Source: an uncultured Clostridia bacterium
GTDB lineage: Bacteria; Bacillota; Clostridia; Christensenellales; UBA1242
DNA: 46,347 bases
Assembly (NCBI GenBank): GCA_947589655.1
Contig: CANQCE010000001.1
Span: 1-46,347, forward strand
Direction: 5' to 3'
Numbering within the stretch: the stretch's first letter is position 1; every line of letters begins with the position of its first letter. This document shows, piece by piece, positions 27,691 through 34,610 of this stretch. The position numbers and the translations under genes were made by a program. The notes under the pieces were generated by a model. That model made no database searches, had not been told where the DNA came from, and saw nothing but the letters and a program-made list of their open reading frames with translations.

Positions 27691-30600
27691 TTATTCTTCG
27701 CTTGGCAATTGCCATTTTAAAATTGGGGCTTGTCCAGTTTGCAAAAGCCAAACTTCTTCGTCAAACCCAAACTTTGCATCATATGGGGCATTTATAATTT
27801 CGCAGTTCTGCTCGCCGCCAAAGCCGCCAATCTCGCCACAAACATTTCCATCATTTGCTATTGCGTAGCAATATTGCATCCTGCCGGAAAGTTGCCCGAT
27901 GATTTGCCCATTTTTTAAGGTTGTGCTAATGCTCACTTGGCAGTAACTGTGTTGAACCGCATCCGCTGTTGCATGCGTGTATCTGCCATATAAGCCGCCA
28001 ACATATCCCTGTTTGCCTTCCGCCGTTATGCTACCAACCGCATAGTTGTTTTGCGAACTAAATTGCCCCTCGCCAATCAGTCCGCCGGCAACAACATTTT
28101 TTGCTTGCCCAGTTACATTAATCTGCGCATTGCTGAACACCTCTTTAACCGCATTATTCTTGCTGGAATCTTTTGCCAAAGCGCCGCCCACAACAACATT
28201 GCCGCTTGCCGCTTGCACATTAATTTGCCCAACATAAGAACTTTGCCATATTAGCGCGTTCTTTTTTTCGCTTGTGTTCTGCCCAACAATTCCGCCAACT
28301 GTCACATCTTTTTCAACCGTCAAGATTATTGTAACTCCGCTGGCACAATTTTTAATTTCTCCCACATTTTTGCCAACAATTCCGCCAACCACTTTGGCAT
28401 TTGTTAAGTTGACATTTCCATTTACAGTGCAATTTTCAATTTCTCCGCTGTTGATTTGTGCAAGTCCGCCAAATATGGAGTATTTCTGAGAAGTGGCATC
28501 AATTACAATGTTCAAATTTTCAACCGTGCCGACATTTTCCTTTAAAAGCGCAGTTTTCAAACCACTTATTGTATGCCCATTTCCGTTTAAACTGCCATAA
28601 AGTTTTATGCTTTTCCAAGTTCTATCTTTCATGTCCAAATCTTTTTCTAACACAAAACTGTAATGCCCTGCATTGTGCAAAAGTGTGGAGAATTCTTTCT
28701 CATTATTTATCTTCATTGTGTTTGGCACAAGATAAAAACTCAGCACAAAAAGTATCACATTTGTCAGCCCCAGCCCAAACAGCGTTAAGAACGCCCTTGC
28801 ATTTCTCTTTTCCAGAACACTTTTCTTAAGCACATAAAAAGTGAAATTGCCAATGGCAATGCAAACGCTGTAAATCATGGTGACAATCAAAAACGTCTCG
28901 TTAAAATACAGATACACCTGTTTTGGCGAGAAAAGCGAAACAATTAATAGCAGCGATGAAAACGCCAGCGGAAAAAACTCCAAAAAGATGCACAAAAATT
29001 TGAGCAGAACCATTCGCCTTCTGGCATTTTCCAAAACATCTTCTCGTGTTTTTATGCCTTTCTTTTCAGGTTCAACATTTATCGTTTTCAAGGACGGCTC
29101 TCTGCCCATTACAGAAAGCACGCTCACAGAGGTGTCAAGTGATAGGTCAAGTGCAGACAACCTTGTTTTAACCCTTGATACAACATCTTCGAACTGGTCA
29201 TAATCTCGGCATTTTTGTATCTCTTGCAAATTTTGTTCAAGCGGTTTAAGTTGCAAGCGATAGTAGTCCACGCCCTTTTTGGCTTTAAGCCCCTCTTGTT
29301 TTTCTATTTCCAGCAAAATTTTTTGATTTCTCATCAAAAAGTCGTTAAGCCTATCCATTATGCCTTTTTTATCATAATCATCAGGAACAAACTCTGAGCG
29401 CTCACCTTGATATAGGTTTGCGCGGCTAACAACGCCAGCGTAAAACTCGTCATGCTCGTCATCGCCAAGTTCAAGCAGCGTTTCCCACTCTGGCAAAGTG
29501 TCTGCCTTTGCTTTGGATGTTACAAGTTCTTGGTCGGTGCGGCAGTGGCATTTTATTTTTATAAGTTGCCAGTAAAGTTCCACCTTATCGGCACATTTTG
29601 AAATTGCAATGGTCATGTATTTTTCGGCTGGCTTAAAATATCGCCAAGCCTGAAATTTTTCTGCTATATCTTTGCAAAGTGCCCCTAACTTTTCGCCGTC
29701 CGACATATAAGAAAGATAAAAATCAATTTGTGCCTGCGCCTCTTGTAAATCAAAGAAAACAACTGGCATAATTTTGCTGATAACCGCACTGACAAAAGCA
29801 TCTCTGGCGTTTTGATTCATGTATTTAAGTGTGTCTTCAAGTTGCTGGCGGTCACGGTAAGTTAAAATGTCTTTTGTGCTTTTAAAGTTCCTCATTAATA
29901 TTGCAAGGTTGCTTTGTTCGTGCCCAGCATCAAGTTCCAAAATTTTATTGTAATAATCTTTATCGTCACTTTTCTGAGCAAGAGAAAAGTAAAAGTTAAT
30001 GAACCTGTCAACATCTTCTTTGTCAAAACATTTAACAACTTTTTGAACAAGTTCGCTGTCCAGCGTTTCTATTGCTTTGTTTTCTGCCGCAGATATAAAA
30101 TCTTCGCGGCTAGGGGTTTTATACGAGGCAAGTTCCAACAAAAACTGGTTGTAAAACTCCGCACTGTCCTGCTGCATTACAAGTTTTTCCCATCTTTCAA
30201 CAAAGTCCTCGGCAAAATTTTTGCTGGCATATCTTAAAATGTTTGAAATTTGTTCTCTGTCCGAAAAATTGCTCAGTTTTTCAAAGAATTCGTCCTCTGT
30301 TCTAATTTTTTTATCACAGAGCAGGCGCGCAAACAAAAGTTCGCTGCTGTATGGGTTTTCTTCCAAAGTTTCGTCCAAAATTTTGTCTGCCGTTTGAAAA
30401 TCGCCATTTTTTAATGCAAGAAACAGCCACTTTGTTTTGCCCTCGCTGCTAACCTCCACATTTTCAACACTGTAATGGCCAAGTTCGTTTGGAGAGATGC
30501 TTTCAACATTGGCATATTCTTTTTTCTTTGGATTAACTCTTTTTAAATTGATAGTTTCAATTTTGGCAGTTTCGATTGCCGCATTTTTTTCTTCAGTTTT

Positions 30601-31443
30601 TACAAGAGTTTCCAAATCTTGAAGCAAAGAAACGGAGTTTATATCAAAAACGCTTTTGCAATTTTGCAAAGTAGGCGGCAACTGCTCTTTTTTTATCTTT
30701 TTCACATCCACTATTAAAATAAGGCTTGTGGATGTTTTTTGTTTTTTGGAAATTCTTAAATTGTATCTTTCTATAATGTGGCGAAAAACGCCCAAGTCGG
30801 TCAAGGAATTTAACTGAAGAATGAGCATTTTACTTGTTTCTAATGCACGGAAAGTATCTTCTTCGTTCTCTTTTGTTTGCAAAAAAAGATTGTAATAAGA
30901 AAGTTCCAATTTGTTTAAAAGTTCGGCAATATTGTTATGTATTTGTGGGTTTTCATCCCCAGCCGTGCAAAAAATGACGTCATACAGTTGCTTTGACGAT
31001 GACATCTCATATGTTCGCTTAATTCTGTCCACCCTTTTTGCCAAATCGGTGTAACTTTTCGCTTCTTCTGGTGGGGCAAGTTCAACCGCCTTTAAAAAAT
31101 CTGAATCGCTTGAAAGGGAAGGTATGCTGTCCGCAAAAAAGCGTGGGCGTCTGGAAGTGCCCCTTTTGTTCGTGAACAAAACTATTTGATTTTTTGCAAG
31201 TGCTTTGCCAAAATAACCTTGAAAAGACAGAGGATACTGCTCGATGATGTTTTTAAATTGTTCCACAGCCTCATCGAACCTGAAGCCTCTGGAAAGTTCG
31301 TTTGCCAAAGCAATTAAAACTTCTTCCTCTTTAGAGGAATTTTCGTCAACATACAAAGAGCCACAGAACATACATTTAACCATGTTCTGCCCAACAACTT
31401 TATATTTTTTGCCTCCGCAGTTGTTGCAAACCCTTTCTCTCAT
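27691..31443 (-). CDS. 1,250-aa multidomain membrane protein: N-terminal zinc ribbon, long cytoplasmic TPR-like helical region, 3 TM helices, extracellular GLUG-repeat domain
   Basis: The ATG at 31443 follows AAGGA. Zinc ribbon CNNCGG...CMFCGSLY. TPR-like segments FRFDEAVEQFKNIIEQYPLSFQGYFGKALAK and GDFQTADKILDETLEENPYSSELLFARLL. TM block RRRMVLLKFLCIFLEFFPLAFSSLLLIVSLF / FLIVTMIYSVCIAIGNFTFYVL / AFLTLFGLGLTNVILFVLSFYLV. The positive-inside rule gives N-in/C-out. The C-terminus has YGSLNGNGHTISGL, then GGLAQINSGEIENC, VGGIVGKNVGEIKNC, VGGIVGQN, VAGGLIGEG and YVGGLYG (GLUG repeats). Confidence 0.85.
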   Translation of the reverse strand: MRERVCNNCGGKKYKVVGQNMVKCMFCGSLYVDENSSKEEEVLIALANELSRGFRFDEAVEQFKNIIEQYPLSFQGYFGKALAKNQIVLFTNKRGTSRRPRFFADSIPSLSSDSDFLKAVELAPPEEAKSYTDLAKRVDRIKRTYEMSSSKQLYDVIFCTAGDENPQIHNNIAELLNKLELSYYNLFLQTKENEEDTFRALETSKMLILQLNSLTDLGVFRHIIERYNLRISKKQKTSTSLILIVDVKKIKKEQLPPTLQNCKSVFDINSVSLLQDLETLVKTEEKNAAIETAKIETINLKRVNPKKKEYANVESISPNELGHYSVENVEVSSEGKTKWLFLALKNGDFQTADKILDETLEENPYSSELLFARLLCDKKIRTEDEFFEKLSNFSDREQISNILRYASKNFAEDFVERWEKLVMQQDSAEFYNQFLLELASYKTPSREDFISAAENKAIETLDSELVQKVVKCFDKEDVDRFINFYFSLAQKSDDKDYYNKILELDAGHEQSNLAILMRNFKSTKDILTYRDRQQLEDTLKYMNQNARDAFVSAVISKIMPVVFFDLQEAQAQIDFYLSYMSDGEKLGALCKDIAEKFQAWRYFKPAEKYMTIAISKCADKVELYWQLIKIKCHCRTDQELVTSKAKADTLPEWETLLELGDDEHDEFYAGVVSRANLYQGERSEFVPDDYDKKGIMDRLNDFLMRNQKILLEIEKQEGLKAKKGVDYYRLQLKPLEQNLQEIQKCRDYDQFEDVVSRVKTRLSALDLSLDTSVSVLSVMGREPSLKTINVEPEKKGIKTREDVLENARRRMVLLKFLCIFLEFFPLAFSSLLLIVSLFSPKQVYLYFNETFLIVTMIYSVCIAIGNFTFYVLKKSVLEKRNARAFLTLFGLGLTNVILFVLSFYLVPNTMKINNEKEFSTLLHNAGHYSFVLEKDLDMKDRTWKSIKLYGSLNGNGHTISGLKTALLKENVGTVENLNIVIDATSQKYSIFGGLAQINSGEIENCTVNGNVNLTNAKVVGGIVGKNVGEIKNCASGVTIILTVEKDVTVGGIVGQNTSEKKNALIWQSSYVGQINVQAASGNVVVGGALAKDSSKNNAVKEVFSNAQINVTGQAKNVVAGGLIGEGQFSSQNNYAVGSITAEGKQGYVGGLYGRYTHATADAVQHSYCQVSISTTLKNGQIIGQLSGRMQYCYAIANDGNVCGEIGGFGGEQNCEIINAPYDAKFGFDEEVWLLQTGQAPILKWQLPSEE

Positions 31444-31452
31444 CAAACATCC

Positions 31453-32601
31453 TTATTTCTTTTTTGTAGTTTTTCTCTTTAAAACATAGCCGTTAAGTTC
31501 TTGGTTATATTTTTCAAATTCAGCCATCTCTTTTGGCGTTACACTTGGCGGCATGGTTTCAAGCACACGCGTGAAATCTTCGTTTGTGACTAAAACAACT
31601 TTGTCGGTGGCAATGGCCTTTAAAAGAGGCTCGTCTTTGGCACGGTCGCAAAGTTCTTCAATGTCGGCGCCGCTATAATTTTCCGTTTGCGCAACAATTT
31701 TGTCTATATCAAAATTTTTGGCAACAGGCACGCCCTTCATGTTCTTTTCAAGCATAAATTTTCTGGCTGGCGCATCTGGAAGTGGAAGATAAATTTTCTG
31801 CGAAAAACGGCCAGAGCGCATGGCGGCAGTGTCCACATCCCAAGGCCTGTTGGTTGCGCCCAAAAGCAAAAGATTTGGGTTTCTTCCGGCAAAGCCGTCA
31901 ATTTGCTGCAAAAACTCGTTCACGCGCTTATCGTTGTGTGTGTCAATTCCACGTTTGCCGAACAAGCCATCCATTTCGTCAATAAAAATAATTGCCCTGT
32001 CTTGTTTGTTGGCTTCTTCAAACAGGGAGTTTATGTTTTTCTCACTTTCGCCCACCCATTTGCTGACAATATCTGAGCCCTTTACAGCATAAAATTTGGC
32101 TTGTGCCTCGTTTGCTATCGCTTTTGCAATCATGGTCTTTCCAGTTCCCGGTGGACCATACAAAAGGATTCCGCCGCCCGATTTTTTGCCATACATTTTA
32201 TACTTTTCTGGATATTTAACAGGGTTCAGCATTTTTATTGTAATTGCCCTTTTAACATCTTCAAGGCCAGCAACATCATCAAAACTGATGTTTGGAATTT
32301 GTGCCGTCTGCCACTGCTTGATGTCTTCGTCTTGTTCCTGTTTTAAGTCTTTTTTCTCTTGTTTTGCTGCCTTTGTGCTGTTGCCAAGGTTATCCGAAAT
32401 TTTAACCAATCCGCGTGCCCTTTCCATGCGAACTTCTTTCAGTTTCCCTTGGCTCTGCTTTGCCATTTGCATCATTGTTTCGCTGGCGAGCAAAAAATTA
32501 CGCTTTGCCAAGGCAACATTGCCCTGATTTCGCGCCTCTTTGCCCTTTCTCATGTAAAGTTCAAATGTGTCAGAAAGCACATTGATGTTTGTTTCTTTCA
32601 T
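31453..32601 (-). CDS. Vps4-like (meiotic-clade) AAA+ ATPase with MIT-like N-terminal helical domain
   Basis: The ATG at 32601 lies 5 nt after GGAG. Walker A GPPGTGKT and Walker B IIFIDEMD. Pore loop SKWVGESEKNINSLFEEA (compare Vps4 SKWMGESEK). LLGATNRPWDVDTAAMRSGRFSQKIYLPLPD (compare Vps4 LGATNIPW...RRFE.RIYIPLPD). C-terminal PPSVTPKEMAEFEKYNQELNG (compare the Vps4/spastin C-terminal helix SV...L..Y..W...FG). The N-terminal roughly 60 aa are helical and A/K/R-rich (KGKEARNQGNVALAKRNFLLASETMMQMAK). Confidence 0.85.
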   Translation of the reverse strand: MKETNINVLSDTFELYMRKGKEARNQGNVALAKRNFLLASETMMQMAKQSQGKLKEVRMERARGLVKISDNLGNSTKAAKQEKKDLKQEQDEDIKQWQTAQIPNISFDDVAGLEDVKRAITIKMLNPVKYPEKYKMYGKKSGGGILLYGPPGTGKTMIAKAIANEAQAKFYAVKGSDIVSKWVGESEKNINSLFEEANKQDRAIIFIDEMDGLFGKRGIDTHNDKRVNEFLQQIDGFAGRNPNLLLLGATNRPWDVDTAAMRSGRFSQKIYLPLPDAPARKFMLEKNMKGVPVAKNFDIDKIVAQTENYSGADIEELCDRAKDEPLLKAIATDKVVLVTNEDFTRVLETMPPSVTPKEMAEFEKYNQELNGYVLKRKTTKKK

Positions 32602-32613
32602 TTGCACTCCAAT

Positions 32614-33216
32614 TTATTTGTTATCGGCCTCGCTGTCAATCTTCTTGCGGATTTCTTCCATTTCTTTGTCGATATTTTCAGATGAAAGTTCGTCTTGGCT
32701 GGCTTGTTCCATGATGAACTTTTCAAGTTCTTTATCGCTCATGGCGTTGCCGTCTTTGTCTTTGCCTGCATTGTAGAAAGTTTCTTGGCTCATCTGCATA
32801 AAGTTGTCCATTTGGTCAGTTTGAGTTTCAACTGCAAGCATGGCTTCTTCAAACTGTGCCTGAATTTTGGTGAACTCTTTGGCATCAGCAAGTTTGCTCA
32901 TCTCCCTTGAGATATCGCTCATGCCACGAAGAAATTCGGATGTCATCATGGTAACATCTTTCATTTGAGCGGTAATTTCAAAATTCAAAAGCATTTCTTG
33001 TGCACGCTTTTGCTGCTGAACTGTCATTTTATAGCCAGAAAGCGCCAAGTTGAATTGTGCGTCAAGACCTTTCATTTTTGCACGTTTTGCCGCATCAATG
33101 AAAACCTGCTTTTGGTCTTCCAAGCGGTTAATCTGCTTGTTCATTGTGTTGATTGTTCTTTTAATCAACATCTTCTTTTCAATTTCTTTTTGTTGTTTAG
33201 ATTTAAAAATTCCCAT
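32614..33216 (-). CDS. ESCRT-III superfamily protein, Snf7/CHMP-like paralog A (200 aa)
   Basis: The N-terminus MGIFKSKQQKE resembles CHMP MGLFGK. The helical-hairpin region KQINRLEDQKQVFIDAAKRAKMKGLDAQFNLALSGYKMTVQQQKRAQ parallels CHMP2/3 (R.l.r....l....k.aakkG......iLAk..vr.rk). MSKLADAKEFTKIQAQFEEAMLAVETQTDQMDNFM parallels the Mn.p.i..im.eFe.q....e...e.m.d block. Acidic C-terminal tail DELSSENIDKEMEEIRKKIDSE. Confidence 0.7.
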   Translation of the reverse strand: MGIFKSKQQKEIEKKMLIKRTINTMNKQINRLEDQKQVFIDAAKRAKMKGLDAQFNLALSGYKMTVQQQKRAQEMLLNFEITAQMKDVTMMTSEFLRGMSDISREMSKLADAKEFTKIQAQFEEAMLAVETQTDQMDNFMQMSQETFYNAGKDKDGNAMSDKELEKFIMEQASQDELSSENIDKEMEEIRKKIDSEADNK

Positions 33217-33219
33217 TTT

Positions 33220-33828
33220 TTATTCCTCCATTTTAATTTTTTTCTTTTTTATTGGCTCAGCATTTTCTTCTAGCAAATCTTTTTGGTCGTTTAAAACATT
33301 TTCTTTTTCAAACAAGGTTAAAATCTCGTCTTCGGTTTTGCCAATGCCATAAATTGGTTGGTTAAGTTCATATGCCGATTGAACCTCTGTGAAAAGTTCG
33401 TCAGCCGAGGTGAGCACATCTTCCGAGGCAATTCTTGTTTGCAAGGCTTTGTTCAAAAATTTTGCCAATCTTTTTTGGTCAACCAGAAGTTCGCTTAAAG
33501 GCACTTTGGTTTGAGTTTTAAAGAATGTGTTGCTATCGTATGCCTCTTTAAGTTTGTTCATAAGCCTTATGTTGTAAAGCAAATACATACCTCGTTCAAT
33601 GCAAGTTTGCTTTTCTTCGTTCAGGTGCGAAATCTTTTTGGCGTAGAAAAGTTGCAAATCTTTGCTCTTTTCTTTTTTGCCCTTGTCAATAAGCGCGTCA
33701 ATTTCTTTCAGTTTTTGATAAACTTCCGCCTCCACCGTTCGCTCTTGCCGCTCTAATTCGCATATGGAATTAACAAGGTCCTCTCGGTTTAAGTTTTTAA
33801 ATTTGTTTCTTCTAAATGGCCACCACAT
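33220..33828 (-). CDS. ESCRT-III superfamily protein, Snf7/CHMP4-like paralog B (202 aa)
   Basis: The aromatic N-terminus MWWPFRRNKF is comparable to the Snf7 N-terminal membrane-insertion motif. All-helical coiled-coil core with LQLFYAKKISHLNEEKQTCIERGMYLLYNIRLMNKLKEAYDS (compare Snf7 AL.aLrrKK..E.ql..i.g....ie.q...le.a..n). The tail is acidic then basic. It is the same size as paralog A and separated from it by 3 nt. Confidence 0.6.
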   Translation of the reverse strand: MWWPFRRNKFKNLNREDLVNSICELERQERTVEAEVYQKLKEIDALIDKGKKEKSKDLQLFYAKKISHLNEEKQTCIERGMYLLYNIRLMNKLKEAYDSNTFFKTQTKVPLSELLVDQKRLAKFLNKALQTRIASEDVLTSADELFTEVQSAYELNQPIYGIGKTEDEILTLFEKENVLNDQKDLLEENAEPIKKKKIKMEE

Positions 33829-33831
33829 ACG

Positions 33832-34191
33832 CTAATACTGTTCCCCCTCTTTTATTTTGTAAATCCTCTCTAACAAGTCTTGATATCTTTTCTTTTGGTC
33901 CTCATCTGCCAAGGCAAGCGCCTTTTCGCACTCTGGCAAATATATTGCACTTTTGTATTTAACTGGCTCGGAATATAAAATGTCTTCATTTGAAATTTCA
34001 AACTTTGCCAGCATAAGCCCCCACCACGCATCTGCACAATCGGGGTCAAGTTCCAGCGCCAATTGAAAGTTCATGTTTGCCTGCTTGAAAAAGCCCTCTT
34101 TTAAATTTAAATAGCCAAGCGTCAACTCTTTTAAAGTGCTTTCTTTGTTTTGCTCTGGCACATTTTTTGATGTTAAATAGGTGCGTTTCAT
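33832..34191 (-). CDS. small TPR-like protein (119 aa)
   Basis: GYLNLKEGFFKQANMNFQLALELDPDCADAWWGLMLAKFEI is a TPR-type helix pair. The same W/F-G-x-x-L-A-K signature recurs in the 1,250-aa protein of the operon. An ATGA overlap with the upstream gene implies translational coupling. Confidence 0.65.
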   Translation of the reverse strand: MKRTYLTSKNVPEQNKESTLKELTLGYLNLKEGFFKQANMNFQLALELDPDCADAWWGLMLAKFEISNEDILYSEPVKYKSAIYLPECEKALALADEDQKKRYQDLLERIYKIKEGEQY

Positions 34192-34598
34192 CCGTTTTGT
34201 TCATCCTTCTTGCGTTGTATTATGTAGGCTTCAATTTCTTCCAGCACCCTAAAACACGTTTCTTGAGTGTTGTCTTTTGCCACCATAATTTTAAGGTCGT
34301 CAAGTTTGTTGGCAATTTTTGTGTCAACAAGTTGCACCTTGTCATTTGTGGTCGGATTGAAAAACCTGATTGTGTCTTTCACCTCCACAAGCCTGCGGCA
34401 AAGTGCATCGTTGCCGTTTGCATAAACAATTATGCTCTCCACATTTGCCACCATGTTTTCAATAAACTTTTTGTTCTTTATAATGCCGCGCGAGCCGCCA
34501 CGCTTTTCGTCAAGCGGCTTTTTTATGTATTCACGAACAATGTAGAAAACCGCAAGCCCAACAATGACAATTAAAGTGATAATGTATAATGCAAGCAT
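34188..34598 (-). CDS. N-terminally membrane-anchored protein (136 aa), function unknown
   Basis: TM helix MLALYIITLIVIVGLAVFYIV, then a basic stretch and a soluble helical domain. A strong RBS GGAGGGGG lies just upstream of the ATG. Confidence 0.65.
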   Translation of the reverse strand: MLALYIITLIVIVGLAVFYIVREYIKKPLDEKRGGSRGIIKNKKFIENMVANVESIIVYANGNDALCRRLVEVKDTIRFFNPTTNDKVQLVDTKIANKLDDLKIMVAKDNTQETCFRVLEEIEAYIIQRKKDEQNG

Positions 34599-34610
34599 AT
34601 TTCCCCCTCC

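Noticed and set aside
31444-31446. ORF-track starts at non-ATG codons: TTG at 31446, GTG at 32607, TTG at 21058 and TTG at 23987
   Set aside because: In each case an ATG 1-4 codons downstream sits at canonical distance from a GGAG-type RBS, so the shorter start was adopted. The difference does not affect the functional calls.
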